This document shows positions 19,030 to 28,598 of a stretch of DNA of 64,000 bases, one piece after another. This DNA comes from Candidatus Bathyarchaeota archaeon (GTDB lineage: Archaea; Thermoproteota; Bathyarchaeia; 40CM-2-53-6). The notes under the pieces were generated by a model, which made no database searches, was not told the DNA's origin, and saw nothing but the letters and a program-made list of their open reading frames with translations. The DNA is taken from NCBI GenBank assembly GCA_963726255.1, contig CAVSBL010000002.1:1504001-1568000 (forward strand), read 5' to 3'. Position 1 is the first letter of the stretch, and every line of letters begins with the position of its first letter. Both the position numbers and the translations under genes were made by a program.

Positions 19030-19509
19030 TTACGCGACTGTCCGTGAAAGTTGTTCTAGCGGGGCAGTCATTACCAGGCAGTTTGCAGAGCGAATGACTC
19101 TTTCGCTAACGCTACGATTGAACAAACTCGCCCAACCACCTCGAACCCGGCGCTTCATCAGGAATACGATCATGTAATTGTCGCTTTCTGTTTCGGTAAG
19201 GATGCCCTCCGCAACACTCCTGGCTATTGCGACTTTCGACCTGACGCTCATCCCCTGATTGGTTAGCCATTCCGAGATCTCGTTAAGCCTCTTTTCCGCT
19301 TGTTTGATTTCATTGCCATAAGGCTCCGGGTCTAGTGCAGCGGTTCGGCTAGGGACCTCTATGACGTGAAGCAGGACGATGAGGGGGCTCGCGAAAGCGG
19401 ATAGCAGGTGCAGAGCTCGAGTGATGAGTTCCTTGCTCACGAGGTCGCCTACAGGTATGAGTATCTTAGCCGAACCTGCTGACTTACCTTTTCTACGTTT
19501 CGTGGCTAT
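19030..19509 (-). CDS. Universal stress protein (probable ATA start at 19509)
   Basis: KILIPV beta-1 lies upstream of the GTG start; LLHVIEVP, ARSVAEGIL, SVSERVIRSANCLV. Confidence 0.85.
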   Translation of the reverse strand: MATKRRKGKSAGSAKILIPVGDLVSKELITRALHLLSAFASPLIVLLHVIEVPSRTAALDPEPYGNEIKQAEKRLNEISEWLTNQGMSVRSKVAIARSVAEGILTETESDNYMIVFLMKRRVRGGWASLFNRSVSERVIRSANCLVMTAPLEQLSRTVA

Positions 19510-19775
19510 TCAGCGACCGATTTTCCATCCTTTCTCAGCGTGTGGATTATGACCATTGAATTTGTACCTCTGATTCCTTCGATTCGTTGAATTTTGTGTG
19601 TGAGCCGCCTGAACTCAGTAATTGAATCGGTCTGAATGAGCGCAACTAAATCGTACTCCCCCGTAACCTCGTAGAGGTCTACTACCTCAGGAATCCTTTC
19701 GAGGGCTGCTGTCACTTTCTCCAATTGCTGCGCTTGAACGACTACGTTGAGGATAACCCAAACACCTCGGGGCAA
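19506..19775 (-). CDS. Stand-alone Lrp/AsnC ligand-binding (RAM) domain protein
   Basis: YEVTGEYDL..I.GIRGTNSMVII; no HTH. Confidence 0.88.
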   Translation of the reverse strand: MPRGVWVILNVVVQAQQLEKVTAALERIPEVVDLYEVTGEYDLVALIQTDSITEFRRLTHKIQRIEGIRGTNSMVIIHTLRKDGKSVAE

Positions 19776-21752
19776 CTACTTTGACCTCCTAGAAATCATA
19801 AGCTTCCCTGGATATTTAGATAGCACAGCCAGAGCAGATTCCTCTCCTTCCTTTTCGATATGGCGTCTTATTGTCTTGCGTTTCAGCAACAGTATCACAT
19901 CATTCTTTTCGGCGCCCGCTTCCTCGTCAAGGATCTTAATGAACGGGCCTATCTCGACCCGTGCGGCAGCCTCGTACCCATCTGATCTGAGTTGCGCTGC
20001 TAATGATTGCAGGTCGTCGAGCGTTTCAGTTTGGTATTCCCTGATTTGTGAATAATCCGATAGCATGTCAGTGCTGAGGCCGAGGTCCACCGGGTCGACG
20101 ATGGTCAGTAGAGTTATGTGGAAACGCTTGTCCAGTGCTTCTTTGATGGAGTCCAGTACTTCGTCCTCTGGACTTCTAACGAGAACGATCGCGTTCATGA
20201 TGTACCCGCCTGGAAGTATCCGCTTCCCAGTCTGGGCTGTCCACACGGGCATGTGTTTTATTCTGCGTAGGGCGACGAATCCGACCAAGCCAATGAGAAT
20301 CCATGCAGTGCCAAGGATTCTGCCACCTTCATGGAAAGTGAGAATGAGCCCCCAAAGCACTCCACATGATATTGCTCCGACCACACTGATGAGGGGAATC
20401 GTGACCTTTCGGTTGCGGAATTTCAGGTTGATTGCTCCGGGGACTTTCCAAGCGCGATATGCGTCTGCCTGTTTGTTTCGAAGAACTATGAGGCAAACAT
20501 TGACGATGATGTATGACAAGAGCGCTCCGAAGTTGTATAGGTCTGCGACGAAAGTGAGTTCCCCGATGAACGCGAGAGCCATCCCGATCGCTCCGAACAC
20601 CAGAATCGTCCTGAAAGGCGTTCTGAATCTGCCGTGGACTTTGTAGAACCACCTTGGGAGAAGGTCAAATCTTCCCATGGAGAAAACTATGCGTGAAACG
20701 CCGATGACGCCTGTGTTTGTGGAAACATAGCAGATGGCGAAACCAGTCAGGGCAACAACCGGGGCAAGGTACGTTCCGATTACCGGTATGTGTCCCGCAA
20801 TTGCACTAATAGGGTCGTTTCGTGCGGCCGCGAGATCCGCCCACCCCATCAAACCCATGCTGACCACGGAGAGTCCTACTGCAAAGACGACGACTGAGAC
20901 AATGGATAGTTTGTTGGCGCGTGGAATCCATTTGTCTGGCCGTCTGGTTTCCTCTGCGGCTTGTGCAATGGATTCGATTCCGATGAAAGATGTCATGGCG
21001 AGAGTTATGCCGTATATGAAATTCTGGTCCTGCACTCCAAGGCTAGGTAGTGAATATGCAATGTTGAGATGCTGTGTGGTAGAGCCGAATGTGGTCACTT
21101 GGCCAAGAAAACGGGCTAGGCTGAATGCCAGCACGAGCCCAGAGACTAGAATTATGGCCTCAACGACCAAATCAAACGAAACTAGGATTTCATTGAAGAG
21201 TGAGGATTCTCTTATTCCTATGATGTTCACTGCTAGGAGGAGAATGACGAGAGTTCCGGCAATGATTCCCAAGTGCGGGATGACCAACTTGAGACCTAGA
21301 AACTCAACTAGAATGTGGCCTCCGATGATTCCTGGGAAGAAAAAGCTAAGATATCCAGCAGATGCCAGCGAGAACAACGCAATGTCCACTGTATAGTCCA
21401 ACATCACCGCCCAACCAGCGATGAACCCGACCAAATCGTTGAAGGCTTTCATCGCGTAAATGTGGGCACCCCCCGCGTAGGGGTAGATCGTGGCGAGTTC
21501 AGAGTAAGCGAGACCTGTCGTGATGTACGTTATTGAAGCGATCAGAAAGGCTAGGGGTGATGCTCCCGCCGCAAAGAGAGCCACGAGGCCTATTGCGACG
21601 TAGATGTCGGCTCCAACATCAGCGTAGCCCATTGCAAATGAGCCGTACCAGCCAACTTCCCGGCGCAAAGTCTGTTCTTCAGGTTTCCTTGACAAAATTC
21701 CATGGCCCCTTGTTATTGCATGGTTTCCGGAACTCTCTTTCGACGTCGCCAC
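19776..21752 (-). CDS. APC-family amino acid permease with C-terminal USP-like domain
   Basis: GYADVGADIY, YSELATIYPYAGG, SFIGIESIAQAAEE, about 12 TMs and a soluble tail. Confidence 0.92.
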   Translation of the reverse strand: MATSKESSGNHAITRGHGILSRKPEEQTLRREVGWYGSFAMGYADVGADIYVAIGLVALFAAGASPLAFLIASITYITTGLAYSELATIYPYAGGAHIYAMKAFNDLVGFIAGWAVMLDYTVDIALFSLASAGYLSFFFPGIIGGHILVEFLGLKLVIPHLGIIAGTLVILLLAVNIIGIRESSLFNEILVSFDLVVEAIILVSGLVLAFSLARFLGQVTTFGSTTQHLNIAYSLPSLGVQDQNFIYGITLAMTSFIGIESIAQAAEETRRPDKWIPRANKLSIVSVVVFAVGLSVVSMGLMGWADLAAARNDPISAIAGHIPVIGTYLAPVVALTGFAICYVSTNTGVIGVSRIVFSMGRFDLLPRWFYKVHGRFRTPFRTILVFGAIGMALAFIGELTFVADLYNFGALLSYIIVNVCLIVLRNKQADAYRAWKVPGAINLKFRNRKVTIPLISVVGAISCGVLWGLILTFHEGGRILGTAWILIGLVGFVALRRIKHMPVWTAQTGKRILPGGYIMNAIVLVRSPEDEVLDSIKEALDKRFHITLLTIVDPVDLGLSTDMLSDYSQIREYQTETLDDLQSLAAQLRSDGYEAAARVEIGPFIKILDEEAGAEKNDVILLLKRKTIRRHIEKEGEESALAVLSKYPGKLMISRRSK

Positions 21753-21986
21753 CTGTTTTCGATGTATTGTTTAGATTCAGACTAATGCCTTTATTTCCGT
21801 AACCCGCGCAGGTCCTATAATGCTTGTTTTGTCGGCGTCGCGTTCCGCCAGGACTAATGTCTGTCTGGGCTTCACATATTCATAGAAGTTGCACCTTCGC
21901 TTCCTGTTTGAGAGCACACAAAAACCAAAGCCAGAAGAACGAACTGTTTTATTCTACAACCGGTTTCCAAATCCCAGTGAAGTTTC

Positions 21987-23267
21987 TTGAGAAGAGTGGC
22001 TGTAGTTGCAGGTGGGATCTCCAGGTATCAGAAACCTAGGCATGAGACACAGGAGGAGATGGTCGCCCAAGCGATGAAAGAGGCTCTTGAGGATACCCCG
22101 AATCTGTCGATTAGCGACATTGACAACCATGTATGTTCCTACTTCAGCGATCACTTCGAACAGCAACTTGCATTTCAATGGATTCCGAACGACTATCTTG
22201 GGTTGACACCGAAACCCGTTTTCAGGGTTGAAAACGGAGGGGCAGGACCAGGCACGGCAATTAGGGCCGCTTGGGCGCTTGTAGCGTCTGGGCTCTCCGA
22301 AATCTGCCTGGTTAGCGGCTTTGAAAAACAAGGAGAGGTCTCATCGCCGAAGGCGAATGAATTCATAGCGCTAGCTAGCGACACTGACTTTGACTTTCCT
22401 GTTGGCGGCTACTATACTGGATACTACGCGGCAATGGAAGCGCGTCACATGTACCTCTACGGCGAGACGGAGGAGGATCTGGCAATGATAGCCGTGAAGA
22501 ATCGTAACTACAGCCTAGACAACCCCTACGCACAGTGGCCGATCGAGTGTGGAGGAAAGAAGATCATGGTTGATGACGTCCTGTCATCACGTCTGATCGC
22601 TTGGCCTCTGAAGGTGCTTGATTGCTGCCTTCTCAGCGAAGGAGCAAGTGTAATAGTTCTTGCCTCTCAAAAATACGCGAGGAAAATCACCGACACACCA
22701 GTCTGGATAACAGGGCTCGGACTAGGAACTGACATGATGAGGCCTGGAGACCGTCCGGACAACCCCGGTTTTCATGGCATGTTCCCCAGCGAGGCACGAA
22801 CCTACCCGAAACACGCCCTGAAACCAAGAGAACCCTACCCCGAGCTGACCAACTTCGGAGCCTGCAAGTACGCTGCCAGAACCGCGTACAAGATGGCGGG
22901 AATCAAGAAGCCTCTCAAGGAGATTGATGTCGTAGAGATACACGACGCCTACGATTCCAGCGAACTCCAAACCTGCGAGGATCTAGACTTTTGCAAGAGG
23001 GGAGAAGGCAAGACGCTCATCAGAGAAGGAGAGACTTACGTGGACGGTGAAATACCGGTGAACGTAAGCGGCGGCCTGGAAGGGTTCGGACACCCGGTTG
23101 GTTCTACGGCAATCGGCCAAACCGTCGAGCTCTTTTGGCAACTGAGACAGGAGATTGGAAAGAAGCACAAGAGCAATGCCACTCAAGTGAAGGGCGCGAA
23201 GGTTGGGCTTAACCACAGCCATGCGGGCACCGGAACCGCAATCACAGTCATGATCGTGGAGAGGTGA
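21987..23267 (+). CDS. Thiolase-family protein (archaeal SCP2-type) lacking the nucleophilic Cys
   Basis: VENGGAG where the E-x-A-C-A-S motif is expected; EIHDAY, GHPVG. Confidence 0.88.
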   Translation: MRRVAVVAGGISRYQKPRHETQEEMVAQAMKEALEDTPNLSISDIDNHVCSYFSDHFEQQLAFQWIPNDYLGLTPKPVFRVENGGAGPGTAIRAAWALVASGLSEICLVSGFEKQGEVSSPKANEFIALASDTDFDFPVGGYYTGYYAAMEARHMYLYGETEEDLAMIAVKNRNYSLDNPYAQWPIECGGKKIMVDDVLSSRLIAWPLKVLDCCLLSEGASVIVLASQKYARKITDTPVWITGLGLGTDMMRPGDRPDNPGFHGMFPSEARTYPKHALKPREPYPELTNFGACKYAARTAYKMAGIKKPLKEIDVVEIHDAYDSSELQTCEDLDFCKRGEGKTLIREGETYVDGEIPVNVSGGLEGFGHPVGSTAIGQTVELFWQLRQEIGKKHKSNATQVKGAKVGLNHSHAGTGTAITVMIVER

Positions 23268-23959
23268 TGGAAATGCAGCCTGACAAAGTTCTCAAAGAGA
23301 AGAAGCCCGATGAGAAATGGAACGAATGGGGCCGGGTTGGGAAGTGGAACGTAGTCGGCTACAAGATCATCGAAGGGGACAAGGGACCAAGACCTGACAA
23401 GCTCGAAAGAGCAAGATACATGCTCGTCAACCGGCCATGGGACGTGATGTACGAGCACAGTTACGGACTCGTCTCAAAATTCTTTGAGGAACTGCTCGAG
23501 AAGAAGCTGTTCGGAACCAAGTGTCCGAAATGCGGAGACGTATTCTGCCCGCCGAGAGCGCACTGCTGGAGGAACAAGTGCCATCTTGCTGAGACTCAGT
23601 GGGTGGAGATGCCAATGCGCGGCATGCTTCACTGCTTCACAGTCCTTGGTTTCGCAGGCGAAGCATTTCTAGCGGACCTACCCTTCCTATTGGCGTATGT
23701 AAGAGTTGAAGGAGCGAACACTCTGATCGCAGGCCGCCTAGTGGGCATCGAGCCGGAAGACGTAGAATGCGACATGAAGGTAGAGGTCAAGTTCGTCGAC
23801 CACCCCACCGGCAATCCCATGGACATCTACTTCGTCCCGGCAGGACCCCCTCCGGGGAGACGATCAGCGGAACAGAAAGCACGAATGAGGAAACAACTCG
23901 AACCGATACGGGCTTGGGTCAAAGAACGATTTGGACAGAAGAACCCCGCAGAAAACTGA
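23264..23959 (+). CDS. DUF35 Zn-ribbon/OB-fold thiolase partner
   Basis: GTKCPKCG..PPRAHC..C, OB fold; overlaps the thiolase stop. Confidence 0.9.
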   Translation: MMEMQPDKVLKEKKPDEKWNEWGRVGKWNVVGYKIIEGDKGPRPDKLERARYMLVNRPWDVMYEHSYGLVSKFFEELLEKKLFGTKCPKCGDVFCPPRAHCWRNKCHLAETQWVEMPMRGMLHCFTVLGFAGEAFLADLPFLLAYVRVEGANTLIAGRLVGIEPEDVECDMKVEVKFVDHPTGNPMDIYFVPAGPPPGRRSAEQKARMRKQLEPIRAWVKERFGQKNPAEN

Positions 23960-24046
23960 CAGCCCGCTCCCCTAGGCTCACAGTCGAGGACCAAGTATGT
24001 CCGCGACTATTCGTCTGACATCGACTGCTGAAAGCTACGCGTTTCT

Positions 24047-24076
24047 TGTGTGTTGGTCTAGTGGTGCGCACGCACA
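24047..24076 (-). repeat. Dispersed intergenic repeat, copy A
   Basis: Minus strand TGTGCGTGCGCACCACTAGACCAACACACA. Confidence 0.75.
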
Positions 24077-24136
24077 AATGGAGAGACGAAGGGTAGTTCA
24101 TAGGTTATTCCGCAAAGGAAGTTGAGGCGCTATCTC

Positions 24137-24379
24137 ATGACAGAAAGAGGTAGGCTTAGCGAAGAACAGGAACGGAGGGCTGCGAAAAAGATGGACAGAT
24201 TCTACGAAAGCGTTGGGGTCAGCCACTTGGAGAGGCCAGATGGTTACTGGTTGAAATGCAGAGAGTGCGGAAAGGAATGGGAACATACTAGTGAGATGAC
24301 TCCGCTCTATCATTGGGTATGCCCAAACAAGTGCAACGTGAAGGAAAGGAAGGAACGAGGGAGAATGTTCAGGGCATAA
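24137..24379 (+). CDS. Small zinc-ribbon protein
   Basis: CRECG..W.CPNKC; AAGGAAG upstream. Confidence 0.65.
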   Translation: MTERGRLSEEQERRAAKKMDRFYESVGVSHLERPDGYWLKCRECGKEWEHTSEMTPLYHWVCPNKCNVKERKERGRMFRA

Positions 24380-24410
24380 ACAAAAGCGAGCGGTTCGTAA
24401 AGTGATTTCT

Positions 24411-24486
24411 TGCGTGGGTGCGCGCACCACTATACACAGAAAATTAGATCGATGACGACGGTTCAAATCACGTTGGTCGCACCACC
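24411..24486 (+). repeat. Dispersed intergenic repeat, copy B (composite)
   Basis: GTGGGTGCGCGCACCACTATACACAGAAAATTAGA..GACGACGGTTCAAAT..TCGCACCAC. Confidence 0.75.
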
Positions 24487-24668
24487 ATATCTTTAGCTGC
24501 ACTGAGCATGTTTGCGTTGCACCCGGCCGCTATGCGTTGAAATGTAGCCTATTCACGGGCGAGATGATGCGGTTTCGGCGGTTGAGATAATGCCATCTCG
24601 GCGGTAAGCTGGTCTTTAGCCACCTTTGTAACGGATCGTGTACTGCAAAGTCCCGAGGAGTCTTCTGA

Positions 24669-24704
24669 GCGCACCACTATATCCACACGCACGAAAAGAT
24701 TAGA
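24669..24704 (+). repeat. Dispersed intergenic repeat, copy C
   Basis: GCGCACCACTATATCCACACGCACGAAAAGATTAGA. Confidence 0.7.
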
Positions 24705-24815
24705 GAAACGGCGCACCATCTTGCCGGTCCGGGGTAAGTCAACCGTACGATCAGCGTAGCATGTGTTACGCTCATGATGAAAGAAAGGGGATGTGGGACT
24801 GCGTCCGGAGCGCGC

Positions 24816-25103
24816 TTACTTCTTTTGCAGTCCTTTCTGAAGGTCGCTTAGTTCCATTAGTGGTGTAAGGTCTAGTTTGCAGTTTAAGGTCATCCAGAGT
24901 GGCTCGAAGAATCCTGCTATCATATCGGCGCTTTGTATGTTGACTATCATGTAGATGCCTCTTTCGCCTTCAATTGGCGCAAAGTAGACTGCTTCGGGTT
25001 TGATCTGGTTGAGTAGACCTTCCATTTTCTTTAGAAAGTTAGGATCTTGCAGCAATTTGTTTCCGTGTTCTGTTGGCATATGTAAACGTAATAGGAATTT
25101 CAT
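24816..25103 (-). CDS. DUF3303-like small ferredoxin-fold protein
   Basis: MKFLL....P.E.GN....KPEAVYF....GERG..IVN....EPLW....TPLM. Confidence 0.7.
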   Translation of the reverse strand: MKFLLRLHMPTEHGNKLLQDPNFLKKMEGLLNQIKPEAVYFAPIEGERGIYMIVNIQSADMIAGFFEPLWMTLNCKLDLTPLMELSDLQKGLQKK

Positions 25104-25310
25104 TCAATTTCACCTCCGTGATCTACGAGACCTCGTTCGTGACGCTCGGAAATGACGGATCTAAGGTTACTCCGCGATTCCGCCCGAAAAAGTCGTTCTT
25201 GTTAGAACAATTTTCCAGTTAAGCGGCTTGAACACGATCTTGAGTGAACGAGAGGCCACATCCCTATTATGTCTTCTGAGTTTTTTCACTGCCGGCCTTT
25301 CCAGCTGGTG

Positions 25311-25384
25311 GCGGGTCTAGTGGTGTGTGCGCGCACCACTGACCTGTGTGTGGGCTAGCTGGTGCGGACGAATGATTTTGAACT
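25311..25384. repeat. Dispersed intergenic repeat, locus D (overlapping copies on both strands)
   Basis: Plus strand GTGTGTGCGCGCACCACTGACC; minus strand GTTCAAAATCATTCGTCCGCACCAGCTAGCCCACACACA and GCGCACACACCACTAGACCCGC. Confidence 0.75.
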
Positions 25385-25486
25385 GCAAGGGCGCTTATTC
25401 TAAGATTGGTTTCGAAGCCAAAGCATGATAAAGTCGCAATATGTCGGGAGCGTGAACAAAAGAACCGCAGACAGACGTGAAAAACA

Positions 25487-25963
25487 ATGGGAACAAAGCT
25501 AAGGGCGGGTGACATGGCGCCTGATTTCGGGGGTCAAACATCTAAGGGCACTCGGATTCGTCTCAAAGACCACCTTGGAAAGAAGAACATCGTACTCTAC
25601 TTCTACCCCAAGGATGATACCGAAGATTGCACAATTGAAGCCTGCACTTTCAGAGATAAACTCCAACCCATAGGGGCGCTCTGGACAGAGGTCATAGGCG
25701 TTAGCGTGGATACGGTCGAATCCCACAGGAGATTTGCTGAGAAGAATGGCCTCAATTTCCCATTGGTCAGCGATCATGACAAGCAGATCTCGAAGACCTA
25801 CGGGGTTCTAAGTGAAGATGGTTCGGAAGCAGAAAGAGTCACGTTCATAATTGACAAAGAAGGCAAGATTGCTAAGATCTTTCCGAACGTCGACGTCACA
25901 AGACATGCGAATGACATCATCGATGCACTCAAACAACTTACCTTCCAGAAGACGAAACGCTGA
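25487..25963 (+). CDS. bcp: Peroxiredoxin, BCP/PrxQ family
   Basis: YFYPKDDTEDCTIEAC (PxxxTxxC with resolving Cys), ERVTFIIDKEG. Confidence 0.92.
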   Translation: MGTKLRAGDMAPDFGGQTSKGTRIRLKDHLGKKNIVLYFYPKDDTEDCTIEACTFRDKLQPIGALWTEVIGVSVDTVESHRRFAEKNGLNFPLVSDHDKQISKTYGVLSEDGSEAERVTFIIDKEGKIAKIFPNVDVTRHANDIIDALKQLTFQKTKR

Positions 25964-26064
25964 AAGCACTTGGTTAATACGTAATCATAGAAGGTATGCT
26001 GAATAGAGGATTAAGTTTCAGGGTTCCCTTTTCGAATAGTCGCTGAATGGAAGGGACTGCGGCT

Positions 26065-28593
26065 TTATGCGTTTAACGCGGCGAGCGCCTTCAATGAAAT
26101 AGCCTCAACCTTTCGGTAGATACTCGATTGACTCGCCACCTGTCCCCCAACTTTCAGCAGGTCTTCGACACGGACACCGAATAGTCTTTGGTTTTCCTGA
26201 AGGTACGGTAGGATTACGTTCCAGTCAGTTGCTCCAACGGAAGTTAATTGGCCCCCATTCAGCTGATCTGCGCCAACTTTTCCTGAAGGGTCTCTCACGT
26301 AGATTGCCCCGCCAGAAGCTAAAGAGAAGAGGTTGCTGCCTGGATACGGAGTTTCAAGTTCATAGATTTGGCCGTCATCCCCGAATTTCATTCCATTGAC
26401 GATTATGAATCCGCCTCCGTTGAGGGGGTCGCCGGCCATGAAGGACTCGGCTAGGTAATCGAGGCATGTGCCATTTATGACAACGCGCGGGCGACCGACT
26501 GCATTGATGAGAGGTCTCCCAGCGGCATTTCCTAAGACGTATACGTCGCCGCCTTTTGCGGCGTACATGAACGTCTGCCCAACATCCCCGTAGATAACCA
26601 GTTTTCCGGCCTTCATTATCTGGGCAACTTGGTCCTGCGCTGACGTGTGCACGTAGATTTCGGCCCCATCAAGCCCCGACCCCAAGTAATCTCCTGGGTT
26701 GCCGAACACATCGATTCGAAAACCATCGGAATGCTCACCCAACCCCGCGCCACAGAACCGCTGTCCACGCCAATCAAAAGACAAAACATGCTTCCAATTT
26801 TGTTTGTAGGCAGTTACGATCATGGCTGAAGCTGAACCCTCACCTTCCGCCGCGAAGTCAGCTACGTCAAGCAGCAACGTTTCTTCGCTACCCGTGGGGG
26901 CTCGTAGCTTATGCTTGTTCGTTGAGCTCACTAACACCCAATTCGAGTCATACGTGTCGGAGATCAATGGAAACTTCCGAAGGATTTTGAAAAGCGATGA
27001 TTCCGCGTTTGCCTGTATTTTCCCTTCTTTCGCATATGGAATCAAGTGAAGGTTGTCTAGCAGCCAGGTCAGAAATTCCACAGCTTTCACTTTCTCTCCA
27101 TAACTTCTCTCCGCTGCCTGCTCCAAGTTCGCGCACAGAGCTTCGACGGTCTCTAATCCTGATCGAGCAGCTAACGCTTCTGTGAGAAGTGTTGGAGCCA
27201 GCCTCAAAGTCGCGTCTACGATGTCACGCGCTGGCTTCTTAGCTGGGACGGAAATCTCGACTCCGAATTTGTTAACACATTTCAATTCAGGTGTCCCGGC
27301 TGATCGGTCGACTGTGAAGATGAAGGCGCCGCCGTCTGTGTAGCTTCCCCCTCTCGCGTTCCAGTAGAGGTCAGCTTTGGCCCCGAAACGCGGATCCTCT
27401 GCGGCTAGGCTCTTTAGGCAGGCGTCTATGGCTTGGCGTTCCGAAGCGATTAGACCGATCTTGGCCGCACCGTCCTGTAATGCAAAGACTTGGGGGCGGA
27501 GCATTGACGTGTCGGTTATGCCCAGTAGGTGAAGGGTGCGGCCCGCGTCTTCACTTCGGCCGACTATGAAGAACCATGGCCCGTCTGGTGAGCCATGGAT
27601 GTGTGAAGCCTGAACCTCCCGGTACAGCCGCCGTTTGTCTTCGGGAAGCATGTAGAGGTCACGTTCCGTCGTAGGCGCCATGGCTTCGATCAAGACCTCC
27701 ATCGGGTATCCGTACACCCTTCTCCACAAGTCGAACAGGTAGACCGCGACCTCGGTGTCGGTTAGGAAGAGGGGGTAGATTTTCCGTTGAGCTAGATACT
27801 CTGCGATTGAATGGTAATTCGAAAAGTCCCCGTTGTGCACCAAGGCCTCATGAAGCCCTACGAATGGGTGTGCGCCTCCGGGGTGCCAGACTTTGCCTTT
27901 CGTTGGGTACCGGTGGTGCCCGATCCAAATGTGCGCTTCAAAATCTTCCAGCTTGTAGTAACGTATGACCTGATCTCCCCACCCAACTATCTTCAGAACG
28001 ATCATGTCCTTGCCGTGGGAAAGGACGAAAGCTTTCTTCTCGCCTAGGGACGCGTAGAACTTCTTGTTCAAAGCGTAGCTGTTTTGATAGATGAATTCGT
28101 CCTCGGCAAGTTGACGATCCAGCAGGTCGCTCCGTTGCATGAATTGGCCGAGCACATCTTCCTTCACCCTGCAGAAGTAGCGGCGGACTGCAGGTGGCTT
28201 CACCTGCAAATCGGGGAGGGTTGTGTAGTCGGGTATGGTCTCAAGCCAATTTGCGGCTTCGACGTTGAGAAACGGGTGAATGAATTCCTCTTCAACCGCT
28301 TCACTTGCCGAAGAGTCTAGGTAGGCGATTTGAATTAGGTAATCCTCCTCAAGAATACGCTTAGTTACGCCTAGGCGTTCTGGTGAGAGGCCTAGGGCAG
28401 CTATTCCTCCGCCCTTTCCGTTGCCGCGGTTTTTCATTTGAAGGAGGGCTTGGAGGAAGTGTTTGCCGGCGATGGGTTCTGAGCAGGCGGCGCCGACTAC
28501 GCCGCATCCGCCTTCAGCCTCGACCTTCCGACCGAGGTTCATTCCCTCAACTAGTCTCGACCGGGATTGGATGATGCTCGCAGCTGGATGCAT
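26065..28593 (-). CDS. Glutamate synthase-type subunit: class II glutamine amidotransferase fused to a GXGXG domain
   Basis: GGCGVVG (Ntn Cys), RGNGKGGG, HHRYPT, HNGDF, TDTE; C-terminal GXGXG repeats; probable ATG at 28593. Confidence 0.9.
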   Translation of the reverse strand: MHPAASIIQSRSRLVEGMNLGRKVEAEGGCGVVGAACSEPIAGKHFLQALLQMKNRGNGKGGGIAALGLSPERLGVTKRILEEDYLIQIAYLDSSASEAVEEEFIHPFLNVEAANWLETIPDYTTLPDLQVKPPAVRRYFCRVKEDVLGQFMQRSDLLDRQLAEDEFIYQNSYALNKKFYASLGEKKAFVLSHGKDMIVLKIVGWGDQVIRYYKLEDFEAHIWIGHHRYPTKGKVWHPGGAHPFVGLHEALVHNGDFSNYHSIAEYLAQRKIYPLFLTDTEVAVYLFDLWRRVYGYPMEVLIEAMAPTTERDLYMLPEDKRRLYREVQASHIHGSPDGPWFFIVGRSEDAGRTLHLLGITDTSMLRPQVFALQDGAAKIGLIASERQAIDACLKSLAAEDPRFGAKADLYWNARGGSYTDGGAFIFTVDRSAGTPELKCVNKFGVEISVPAKKPARDIVDATLRLAPTLLTEALAARSGLETVEALCANLEQAAERSYGEKVKAVEFLTWLLDNLHLIPYAKEGKIQANAESSLFKILRKFPLISDTYDSNWVLVSSTNKHKLRAPTGSEETLLLDVADFAAEGEGSASAMIVTAYKQNWKHVLSFDWRGQRFCGAGLGEHSDGFRIDVFGNPGDYLGSGLDGAEIYVHTSAQDQVAQIMKAGKLVIYGDVGQTFMYAAKGGDVYVLGNAAGRPLINAVGRPRVVINGTCLDYLAESFMAGDPLNGGGFIIVNGMKFGDDGQIYELETPYPGSNLFSLASGGAIYVRDPSGKVGADQLNGGQLTSVGATDWNVILPYLQENQRLFGVRVEDLLKVGGQVASQSSIYRKVEAISLKALAALNA

Positions 28594-28598
28594 TTTGT

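Noticed and set aside
20065-21396. Long plus-strand ORFs (193 and 220 aa) and similar antisense ORFs elsewhere
   Set aside because: Shadow frames of real genes on the opposite strand; no motifs.
24047-25384. CRISPR array interpretation of the clustered repeats
   Set aside because: Copies are diverged, in mixed orientation and spaced hundreds of bp apart with genes between them; no cas genes are present.
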